A DNA stretch of 21,521 bases, taken from NCBI GenBank assembly GCA_029856365.1, contig JAHQWW010000064.1, positions 1 to 21,521 of the forward strand. Direction: 5' to 3'. Positions 1 through 8,284 of the stretch are shown in pieces. A program made the position numbers and the translations under genes. Position 1 is the stretch's first letter; each line of letters opens with the position of its first letter. Origin of the DNA: Candidatus Hodarchaeota archaeon. Lineage in GTDB: Archaea; Asgardarchaeota; Heimdallarchaeia; Hodarchaeales; Hodarchaeaceae. The notes under the pieces were generated by a model. It was not told the DNA's origin. It ran no database searches and worked only from the letters and a program-made list of their open reading frames with translations.

Positions 1-2
1 GA

Positions 3-1427
3 GAAGCTTTACTAGATCTTTACATTCTTGAATCAGATGAGAAATATTTAACATATGCAAAACGAATCTATAATTTCTTTAACACCACATGTCGTAATAG
101 TTCTACTGGACTGTTTTATACAGGATTAAATGGCAAAAATAAAATTATAGAAAATAACTCCGCTGATGTATTCATTAACTCACTTGTTCTTGAATTTTTA
201 GCCAATTTATATCAAATCACCGAGGAGGAAAGATATCTTGATGACTTCTTTACCTTATTATATGACGTATTAGGCTATTTTTGGGACGAATTTTATGGAG
301 GTTTTTATAAAACTTACTCATATCTTGATCCTGAGGCAAGAGACAAGAAAAAACACACAGAAAGGCAATTCTACGTTATTAGAGCTCTTGATGATGCGTA
401 CAAACTTACAAACAATAGTTTATACTATAACCTTATTTACGATATGATGGAATTCTTAACTAGTAAGCTCTATGACAATGACAACTTTGGTTATTTCCAA
501 CAGGTTAATCAGGATGGGACAGAGGGACAACCATATTGGAAAGACAAATATGCTGTAACTCAATCCTTGGCTATCTATTCATTCGCGAATCTCTGGTTGT
601 ATAGTAAACCAGGTGTGCTTAATGGTGTTTGGTCACCTTCAACGCCTCTAGCCAACCAAGATTCAGTGACCATTTCAGTTGCTGCTTTTGATTCGGATGG
701 GCTATCAAACGTTCTCTTTAATTATTCGATGAATAATGATCCATATGAACTTGTAGAAATGGTTCCAAATAAGGATATTGGGAATATGTTCGAAACCACG
801 TTGGATGCTCATTCTGATGGTACAACAGTTAATTTTAATATCATTGTTAATGATACTTTGGGTAACAAAATTGTTCGTGGCTCCTACTTTTTTCTCTGGC
901 AGATTGATGTTTGGGCTCCTCAAATCTTCGTAATTAGTATTAATCCTGGAATTGAAATTCCAGTTCATAAAAACTTTTCGATAATTGTAACTGCTCAAGA
1001 TGTGCCTTCGCAAGGTACTGTCGAATACGTACGTATGTATTATCATCTTACAAATGAACCTGTAGAAACTATTTCCTTAAAACGAATGAATATAGGTTCA
1101 TATTATTGGAAAGTAACTTTTTCTGATGGAATCTCGACACCTGGTACCTATTTATATTATTTTGAAGGCATAGATAACCGGGGAAATCCTGGATTTAGTT
1201 ATACAAGCTCTTTTTATATTCTAGGCACTTTAGAAACACTACCTGCGTCACTTGTATTTGGAGTCCTACTATTAATACTTGTTTTCATTCCAGCAGGACT
1301 CTATACTTATGTGGAATTTAAGAAAAAGAGTGCAAGAAAGACATTAAAGAATATAAGGAGGACACGCCACCAGAAAGGGAGAGGAAGGAGAGGAACAAAA
1401 AGAATTAGAAGCACAATGGAGAATTAA
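3..1427 (+). CDS. Membrane-anchored (alpha/alpha)6-barrel protein (AGE epimerase / six-hairpin glycosidase-like) with beta-rich Ig-like domains, C-terminal TM helix and basic tail; 5'-truncated by the window
   Basis: The frame of ORF 444..1427 is open back to position 3 (EALLDLYILESDEKYLTYAKRIYNF...LANLYQITEEERYL...FWDEFYGGFY...AYKLTNNSLY). These repeated LY.LT.E..YL and D...GG(F/Y) helix-hairpin motifs are typical of six-hairpin barrels. Beta-rich segments, a TM helix (LVFGVLLLILVFIPAGLYTYV) and a K/R-rich tail follow. Confidence 0.65.
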   Translation, partial: EALLDLYILESDEKYLTYAKRIYNFFNTTCRNSSTGLFYTGLNGKNKIIENNSADVFINSLVLEFLANLYQITEEERYLDDFFTLLYDVLGYFWDEFYGGFYKTYSYLDPEARDKKKHTERQFYVIRALDDAYKLTNNSLYYNLIYDMMEFLTSKLYDNDNFGYFQQVNQDGTEGQPYWKDKYAVTQSLAIYSFANLWLYSKPGVLNGVWSPSTPLANQDSVTISVAAFDSDGLSNVLFNYSMNNDPYELVEMVPNKDIGNMFETTLDAHSDGTTVNFNIIVNDTLGNKIVRGSYFFLWQIDVWAPQIFVISINPGIEIPVHKNFSIIVTAQDVPSQGTVEYVRMYYHLTNEPVETISLKRMNIGSYYWKVTFSDGISTPGTYLYYFEGIDNRGNPGFSYTSSFYILGTLETLPASLVFGVLLLILVFIPAGLYTYVEFKKKSARKTLKNIRRTRHQKGRGRRGTKRIRSTMEN

Positions 1428-1429
1428 TA

Positions 1430-3691
1430 ATGATTGACATTGGATTTGGAATGGATTTAGGCCTGATTATGTTGATTGTGGCTCTTATAGCTCTTTTACT
1501 CGATGCTGTCTTTGTTTTTTCTGGAGAATATATAGAAAAGTGGGAATCTCTTTCAGAGCTTTGTCTTACTGTTGGTATCGCAGCTATTATCATCTCTTTT
1601 AGCTATTTCAGTTATTCAATCATTTCTGTTGATTACAGCTTTTCTTATGTGAGCGGGTATGTTAATAATGACATGGATTTTTTCGTTAGGCTATCAGCTA
1701 TTTGGTCTGGACAAGTTGGATCATATTTCTTTTGGTTATTTTTAGTTGCCCTTCTTTATACAATCTTCAGGTTAATGTTCCGAAGATATGCACATGAGCC
1801 TGTTCTTTGGAAATCATTTGTAATAACAAATTTTCAGGTTGTTGTGTTAACAGCATTGACCCTAGTCAATGACCCCTTCAAACTCAACATAAATGCTGTC
1901 ACCGATGGAGTTGGACTTAATCCTATACTGTTGAATGAGTGGAATCTTATTCACCCACCAATTATTTTCATTGGTTATGCACTTTGTCTGGTTCCAATGG
2001 CCATTGGGATAGCTAGAATTTCCTCTCTTAAAAATGGGAAGGTGTCAGACTTTGAAGGTAAACAAAAACTGGATAACTTCTTTGAATTTATGGTTTCACT
2101 AGCTTGGCTTGTTTTAAGCTCGGGAATAATAATTGGGGGATATTGGGCTTATATAACTCTCGGTTGGGGGGGGTTCTGGGCATGGGATCCCGTTGAAACG
2201 GCCTCCTTAGTGCCGTGGTTCTTCATAACTCTTTATTATCATGGAAAACCTCTTCTTGGTAAAAGAGAATACTTTGGTAACTATCTTGTAAGTATGAGCT
2301 ACATAGGTACCTTATTTGCCACATATTTAACTAGGAGTAATATTATATCAAGCGTGCATACATTTCAACCCGAAGCAACTTTAGAAAATGTTCTAAAATT
2401 CTTCATTCCAGCGAATAGTTTTATTATGAAGATCATTTTGCGATTCATTCCTGATGAATGGTTGCTATTCCTATTCATTGTTCTAATAGTGACTTTCATT
2501 ATTCCCCATTATTATGGATTTAAGAGTAAAGAACTATTTCGGGTTCCCATTTCGCTTAGTAGGAAAGATTTTCAAGCATCAAGATCCCGTATAACCGCAT
2601 TGAAGATATCCTTTATTTCAGGTCTTATGTGCTCTTACATCATCATCATAGGCTTATTAACCCCTATTATTTATGACATTATTGGCTATTTTATCACTTT
2701 TAGTCCAGAAGGATTTGGATCAAGTATTACTGTTGATATGGTGTTCTTTAATACAGTTATAACGATTTTTGGAGGAGTTATGCTGCTTGCACAGTTTTTC
2801 TGTACTTTCTATCCTAGATTAAGCCTTAAAAAGAAGTACGGTCTGTTGATCAGCGGGGTATTAGCTGGAATCACATTTACAATAAGTGGTTTCTTTTATC
2901 GGAATGGGTCTCTTAATCAGATTCTAGGTGATAATAATCCTGTTCTTGTTTTTTTCAGTAACTTCTGGACCACCAGTGATAAAGCAAACTTGGTTATTCC
3001 TCTTTTACTTCTGGGAATTGTAGGATTGATTATCGAATTTACTAGAATAGCCATGAAGGAAGAGAAAAACCTCCTCCGCAAAACATCTCAAATAATGTTA
3101 CATTTCTCTTTCTTAGTAATTCTTCTTGGTGCATTACTGAGTGCAAATATGACATATTCAACGGAGATACTTGTTCGAGATGGTGGTGAATATCCAATTG
3201 AAGGCACTTCTATTAAAATTACTATCCTTGACTTAATTAGAGAATATCCTACTTCAGGCCCACTTGACGTTGAGTATATTACTAAATTCATGCTATCCTC
3301 GGATACACGGGTCATAGGATTTGGAATCAGCAAATTGGTTCGTCATAAGCGGTGGATTAACCCTTCAGATGAATTATCAGGTTACAATGCTAAAGTGACA
3401 ATTATAAGTGATCTTTTTTATGATATTTACATTATTACTGCTGGTTTTAATCAAAATCCTCTAATTGGTTTTACAAATTCTCTTCTTCGAATAAAAATTG
3501 TACCGTATATTAACATTCTATGGATAGGATGTCTTTTCCTTCATTTTGCGATGATTCCCTTAACTATAGGGAGATTTATACTCCTAAAAAAGGCTTTTTC
3601 TCCAGTTGGAAAGGAATCAGATGAATTCAATTCCAAAAGTGACACCTCAGAGAACGAAAACGTTGTTCATGGCGGTAATAAAAGTGGTTAA
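1430..3691 (+). CDS. ccmF: Cytochrome c biogenesis protein CcmF (heme lyase, System I)
   Basis: WWD motif WGGFWAWDPVETASLVPW, GLNPIL, IHPP, SVHTF, W.GQ.GS, and putative TM His residues (LYYHG, IMLHF); polytopic. Confidence 0.95.
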   Translation: MIDIGFGMDLGLIMLIVALIALLLDAVFVFSGEYIEKWESLSELCLTVGIAAIIISFSYFSYSIISVDYSFSYVSGYVNNDMDFFVRLSAIWSGQVGSYFFWLFLVALLYTIFRLMFRRYAHEPVLWKSFVITNFQVVVLTALTLVNDPFKLNINAVTDGVGLNPILLNEWNLIHPPIIFIGYALCLVPMAIGIARISSLKNGKVSDFEGKQKLDNFFEFMVSLAWLVLSSGIIIGGYWAYITLGWGGFWAWDPVETASLVPWFFITLYYHGKPLLGKREYFGNYLVSMSYIGTLFATYLTRSNIISSVHTFQPEATLENVLKFFIPANSFIMKIILRFIPDEWLLFLFIVLIVTFIIPHYYGFKSKELFRVPISLSRKDFQASRSRITALKISFISGLMCSYIIIIGLLTPIIYDIIGYFITFSPEGFGSSITVDMVFFNTVITIFGGVMLLAQFFCTFYPRLSLKKKYGLLISGVLAGITFTISGFFYRNGSLNQILGDNNPVLVFFSNFWTTSDKANLVIPLLLLGIVGLIIEFTRIAMKEEKNLLRKTSQIMLHFSFLVILLGALLSANMTYSTEILVRDGGEYPIEGTSIKITILDLIREYPTSGPLDVEYITKFMLSSDTRVIGFGISKLVRHKRWINPSDELSGYNAKVTIISDLFYDIYIITAGFNQNPLIGFTNSLLRIKIVPYINILWIGCLFLHFAMIPLTIGRFILLKKAFSPVGKESDEFNSKSDTSENENVVHGGNKSG

Positions 3692-4082
3692 ATCCAGAAA
3701 CGTCATATTTACTGCAATTATCATCATAATATGTGCAGGCGCATTTTTATACCTGTTAGCTAGTTCTTCGACACCAATCTTCACTGTGAAAGAATTTATG
3801 GATCAACAGCAACCCGATTCCTATATAAATCGTAACATTCAGCTAATAGGTGTCGTTCAACAAGTTAACTACACAGGTTTCTTTATAACTGATCCTGATG
3901 ATATAAATAACGCATCTTTGATTATTTATATTAATTCAACCAATGTAGAAAAACCTGTAGGATTTGAAACTGGGAAAACTGTCCTTGTTGAAGGAAAACT
4001 CATCTCAACAACTAGTATATGGAAGTTCAAAGCTACAATGATTAGCACCAAATGCCCATCTAAATACCAAGATGAAACATAA
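3684..4082 (+). CDS. ccmE: Heme chaperone CcmE, CxxxY (System I*) type; start probably GTG 3684 or ATG 3669 rather than 3606
   Basis: N-terminal TM anchor, OB-fold pattern (IQLIGVV, FFITD, P.GFETGKTVLVEG) and C-terminal TKCPSKY. GTG 3684 overlaps the ccmF end by 8 nt. Confidence 0.92.
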   Translation: MVKSRNVIFTAIIIIICAGAFLYLLASSSTPIFTVKEFMDQQQPDSYINRNIQLIGVVQQVNYTGFFITDPDDINNASLIIYINSTNVEKPVGFETGKTVLVEGKLISTTSIWKFKATMISTKCPSKYQDET

Positions 4083-4211
4083 GGAAACTTTGTGAAAAAT
4101 GGTTGTTAATAAAATGTCAATTACTGGTAAGTGTGAATATTTTTTCCTCTTGAGAAATTACCCTTTCTTAAATAAGCTGGCTGCTTTTCATACAACAGTG
4201 GTGATTAGATA

Positions 4212-4895
4212 ATGATGCGTGAGAAAATCCAAAAAAATCAGAACTGGATTATTCTGGCCATGACGAGTATTTTTACCATTTTAAACTATTTTCTCGTGTT
4301 TATAGTTGTCAAACCATTTCAAGGTTTTAATGTAAGTGGGCATCCAATTTTTTACATGGTCCCATTTGCATTTTCAACGTACTTATGTTTTGCTATTGTC
4401 CTTCTAAGTGCTGTTCTTTACTTATGGAGAAAAGACATGCGATTCGATCTTCTTCTAGTTTCTGGTGCCCAGACAGGAGTTGTTGTTGGAGTAATTACAA
4501 TTATAGTTGGGATAATCTGGTCTAAACCAGAATGGGGTTATTGGTGGCAATGGGAGCCCAGACAAACTGTAACATTGATCATGTGGTTGGCTTATGTTGG
4601 CTTACTAGTTTTTAGAGAGATGATGGACGAGAAAAGCCATGAGAAGAAAGCTACACTTTCCGCGATATTTGGAATTGTAACTTCCCCTTCTGTTCCTTTA
4701 TCCAACTTCGTCGTTGGGGCATTGCATCCACCCCCTCAACAAACAACACTTGGACCAGGAGTAGGTCTGTATTTAATGTTAAATTTCTTATTCATTGGTT
4801 TTTTAACATTAATACTTATTTATATGTCTTATAGGGTTAATAAAATTGATATAAAGTTGAAAAAAATAAGAAGAATTAAAATGGAGCAAGTTTGA
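4212..4895 (+). CDS. ccmC: Heme exporter/chaperone CcmC
   Basis: WWD motif WSKPEWGYWWQWEPRQT, about six TM helices and the LHP His. GGTGA SD at 4200-4204. Confidence 0.92.
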   Translation: MMREKIQKNQNWIILAMTSIFTILNYFLVFIVVKPFQGFNVSGHPIFYMVPFAFSTYLCFAIVLLSAVLYLWRKDMRFDLLLVSGAQTGVVVGVITIIVGIIWSKPEWGYWWQWEPRQTVTLIMWLAYVGLLVFREMMDEKSHEKKATLSAIFGIVTSPSVPLSNFVVGALHPPPQQTTLGPGVGLYLMLNFLFIGFLTLILIYMSYRVNKIDIKLKKIRRIKMEQV

Positions 4896-4927
4896 ATCAA
4901 GCTGTAAATTAAGAGGTGATGATTATC

Positions 4928-5083
4928 ATGACAGATTTTTTTGATGAACTATTAGGATCTGAATTGAGTTTAATGTTTTTCATTTCGATTGCGGTTTGGG
5001 TCTTTATCTTTATATATCTATATTTTACAAATATTAGGTTAAAAAAACTTGAAACAGAATTGAATAGCTTGAAAGATGAATGA
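4928..5083 (+). CDS. ccmD: CcmD-like small membrane protein (51 aa), absent from the ORF track
   Basis: MTDFFDELLGSELSLMFFISIAVWVFIFIYLYFTNIRLKKLETELNSLKDE: one TM helix followed by a charged coiled tail. GAGGTGA SD at 4913-4919. Lies directly after ccmC. Confidence 0.75.
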   Translation: MTDFFDELLGSELSLMFFISIAVWVFIFIYLYFTNIRLKKLETELNSLKDE

Positions 5084-5159
5084 ATCGCTATAATAAACAA
5101 AATAACAAAGATCTTCGCTGATTGCATTTAAATGGACAAATTAAACAGAGTGTACTAAG

Positions 5160-5870
5160 ATGTCAGTCATAAATCGCGAAAATCCTCCCATCGTGAAACT
5201 AACAAACGTGTCCAAGGTTTACGGTTTCATTAATGCCGTGAAAGACATCGACTTGACAATTGAAGAAGGTGAAACCGTCGGATTATTAGGGAACAACGGT
5301 GCAGGAAAAAGTACACTATTAAAGATCATTTCTCTCTTAATTACACCGACGACGGGTAAGATTGAATTGTTTGGGAAAGAAGTGAAAGAAGACCAATATC
5401 TATTCAAAAGAGAGATTGGTACTCTATTAAGCCATTCATTCTTTTATGAAGACTTGACTGGCCGTGAAAATCTTGAATTTTACCTTAAAATGAATAGAAG
5501 AACAGATGACCATGTTAAAGTTATTAACAATATGGTTAAGCAATATGGATTAAAGTTTTTTATTGACAGACCTACCCATGAACTCTCAACTGGCATGGCA
5601 AAGAAACTTGAACTCTTAAGAGTCACTTTACCCTACTTACCTAAGTTACTTTTACTTGATGAACCTTTTAGTGGTTTAGATGTTGAAAACAAACAATTCA
5701 TAAAAAATATTATAACAGAACGCAAATCTAATACGACTGTTATTATCTGTTCGCATGATTTTAACTCAATTTCTCACATATGTACCAAAGTGTATTATCT
5801 TGAGAAAGGTAGGATAAATATAATTCTGGAACCTTCAGAATTCGATTACTTCCTTAATAAACAAAATTAA
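5160..5870 (+). CDS. ccmA: Heme exporter ABC ATPase CcmA
   Basis: Walker A GNNGAGKST, signature LSTGM, Walker B LLLLDEPF and H-loop SHD; located between ccmD and ccmB. Confidence 0.88.
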   Translation: MSVINRENPPIVKLTNVSKVYGFINAVKDIDLTIEEGETVGLLGNNGAGKSTLLKIISLLITPTTGKIELFGKEVKEDQYLFKREIGTLLSHSFFYEDLTGRENLEFYLKMNRRTDDHVKVINNMVKQYGLKFFIDRPTHELSTGMAKKLELLRVTLPYLPKLLLLDEPFSGLDVENKQFIKNIITERKSNTTVIICSHDFNSISHICTKVYYLEKGRINIILEPSEFDYFLNKQN

Positions 5871-5883
5871 ACCCTGGGGATGA

Positions 5884-6573
5884 ATGTTGTCAATAATTAC
5901 TGATATTTTTCAACTAGCAAAAAAAGATATTCTGCTAGAATTTAGGAAAAGAGAAACACTGTTCTCCATGGGCCTCTTCTCCTTCGCTTCAGTCCTCATC
6001 TTTTCCACACTCTTTAATTTCATAGATATTTCATTAGAGGGAAAACAAGCTATTTCTGCTGCATGTTTATGGTTTATCATTACATTTATGGTAATGTTAG
6101 GCTTAACTTCTGTGTTTTCTCGAGAATTGAAAAAAAATTCGATTTATTCACTATTATCTCTGCCAATAAAACCACAAGCGATCTTTCTAGCGAAACTTTT
6201 CTATCTAGTCGTTATTCTATCATTTATTGAAATTATTACATTAATTCTTGCTGTTGTCTTTTTGAGGATAACTTTACAAGTAAATTTTCTTCTTTTATGT
6301 TTAGTTTTAACCATTGGAACTCTCGATCTATGTGTTGCAGGCTGTATTGTCTCCTTTCTCACTATTTATGCAAAGTCAAAAACATTGGCGATTCCAATCC
6401 TATTTTTTCCCCTGATTCTCCCTTCTGTCTTGATAGCCACACAAACGACAACTAATCTCGTCCTTTTCGACGATCCAATGACCGTAATCAACAATACTTT
6501 ACTTCTCATCTTTCATGCTGCAATTATCCTTACCTTCGTTTTACTTGTTACAGATGAACTCATCGGAGAATAG
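5884..6573 (+). CDS. ccmB: Heme exporter permease CcmB
   Basis: KKDILLEFRKRE N-terminus, FSRE motif, IFLAK, PILFFPLILPSVLI; about six TM helices; follows ccmA. Confidence 0.9.
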   Translation: MLSIITDIFQLAKKDILLEFRKRETLFSMGLFSFASVLIFSTLFNFIDISLEGKQAISAACLWFIITFMVMLGLTSVFSRELKKNSIYSLLSLPIKPQAIFLAKLFYLVVILSFIEIITLILAVVFLRITLQVNFLLLCLVLTIGTLDLCVAGCIVSFLTIYAKSKTLAIPILFFPLILPSVLIATQTTTNLVLFDDPMTVINNTLLLIFHAAIILTFVLLVTDELIGE

Positions 6574-6601
6574 ATACGTTTAAAATAGTATGATAATGAT
6601 T

Positions 6602-7567
6602 CTAATCACTACTTGACTGAGGTATCCTTTCATTCATTACAGAGAGACTTTTTATTCTCCTGATAGCGAAGATAATGACAACATAATAAAGACCATATGC
6701 AAAAACTTCAATCAAAGCTGGGTTATCATTCCAACCAAATAATCCAACAATAATTCCACCAACAGCACTTTTTTCAAATCTTGTGGGATTTAGCGGATCA
6801 TAACTCCATCCAAACAACAGTAATAAGAATTCCCCAATTAGAGAGTCGTTAATATTCCAAACTTCCATCCAGATGACATTATTAATGAAAGAAGAACCTG
6901 AAATTTCTATAAATTCATAGATTTCATGAATACCATGCGCTAGTAACCCCGCGGCAAAAATAATAAGTATTACACTGGTTACTTGAAAGAACTTCTTAAT
7001 ATCTAATTGTCGGGTCGTTGTAAAAAGCAAGAATGCCATTATTGAAGCATATAATAAACCAGTAAGAAATCCAATAGTTATTGCAGAAAAAGCTGTAACA
7101 ACTCCTACGTCACCTAAACTGCCCATATAACTAACATATAAAAAGAGGACTAATTCTGCTCCTTCTCTCGCCACTGAAATGAAAACTAAAAATGTTATAC
7201 CCGCTTTTTCTTGATTTGAAATTATTTTTTCAATTTTATCTTGGATATCTGAACGGATGTTCTTGGATTGGTGTGTCATCCATATAATCATCCATGAGAG
7301 AATCACTGCAGCCAAAAACATTGCAATTCCTTCGAGTAATTTTTGGTATTCAGCCAGATCTGTGAAAAAGGTTAGAAAAACCCAAGCCATTCCAAGACTA
7401 AAAATAATTGCTGCAAAAACACCGTAGAGAATATCCCGATACAAATCTCTCCGATTTATTAAAGTTAAATAGCTCATAATAATACCTATGATTAGGGCTG
7501 CTTCCAAAACTTCACGTAATGAGGTTACAAAACTAAAAATCACACTTCCCAAGATTTCAAATGCCAT
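6602..7567 (-). CDS. FTR1/EfeU family iron permease
   Basis: Two RExxE motifs (LREVLEAALI, AREGAELVLF), WM..WM, AAGLLAHGIHE. Confidence 0.92.
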   Translation of the reverse strand: MAFEILGSVIFSFVTSLREVLEAALIIGIIMSYLTLINRRDLYRDILYGVFAAIIFSLGMAWVFLTFFTDLAEYQKLLEGIAMFLAAVILSWMIIWMTHQSKNIRSDIQDKIEKIISNQEKAGITFLVFISVAREGAELVLFLYVSYMGSLGDVGVVTAFSAITIGFLTGLLYASIMAFLLFTTTRQLDIKKFFQVTSVILIIFAAGLLAHGIHEIYEFIEISGSSFINNVIWMEVWNINDSLIGEFLLLLFGWSYDPLNPTRFEKSAVGGIIVGLFGWNDNPALIEVFAYGLYYVVIIFAIRRIKSLSVMNERIPQSSSD

Positions 7568-7736
7568 TTCTTGTTACACCATCTAAAAGACTTATGAAGA
7601 GTGGACAAGACATCATTTGTATCGAAATTAACAATAGTTAAGTATATTTTCTTACGATTAATATATACAAATTTTAAAATCAAATTGAATAGGATTCCAA
7701 TATTAAGAATCTAGAAAATGATAAGGACATCAGAGT

Positions 7737-8174
7737 ATGGTAGATATAACTAAAGCTAGCTACGATGATCTAAAAAGTGTGTATTCATTGTTAAAATTAG
7801 TAAACCTCCCTATAGATGGTGTTGCTGATAATTTTCACAATTTTTTCGTTGCGTGGGAAAGAAACCAACTTCAAGGTTGTGCTGGGATCGAAATTTATGA
7901 TGAAGTTGGTCTCCTTCGGTCTGTTGCGGTTCACGCCTCTTCTCAGGGTCATGGATTGGGGCAAAAACTAGTTGAAACAATTCAAAGATTCTCCATTGAA
8001 AAGGGACTGACTGAAATTTATTTGTTAACTGAAACTGCAGAAAAATTCTTCTTAAAGCTGAACTATGTCGTTATCTTAAGAGATGAAGCTGATGATAAGA
8101 TCAAACAGTCGGTTGAATTTATCTCTCTATGTCCTGTTTCTGCGATCTGCATGGTAAAAAGATTAGCAGAATGA
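7737..8174 (+). CDS. GNAT N-acetyltransferase, ArsN2/ArgA-like
   Basis: GLLRSVAV, QGHGLG acetyl-CoA motif, YLLTETAEKFF, C-terminal EF..LCP.SA..M. Confidence 0.85.
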   Translation: MVDITKASYDDLKSVYSLLKLVNLPIDGVADNFHNFFVAWERNQLQGCAGIEIYDEVGLLRSVAVHASSQGHGLGQKLVETIQRFSIEKGLTEIYLLTETAEKFFLKLNYVVILRDEADDKIKQSVEFISLCPVSAICMVKRLAE

Positions 8175-8284
8175 ATCAAAATTAAGTGTAGAAACCCGAT
8201 AAATTGAGAATTAAGAAAATGAATAAGTGAATTTCGAAGAGGTTACCGATCAATTTATGATAATCCTTGAAGGATGAGAATTAA

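Noticed and set aside
4909-5127. 72-aa minus-strand ORF
   Set aside because: Antisense shadow of the plus-strand CcmD-like gene, which has the SD, the TM profile and the operon context.
8196-8284. Short direct repeats (CCGATMAATT twice, TGAGAATTAA twice) upstream of DUF438
   Set aside because: Short and AT-rich, and not distinguishable from chance without comparative data.
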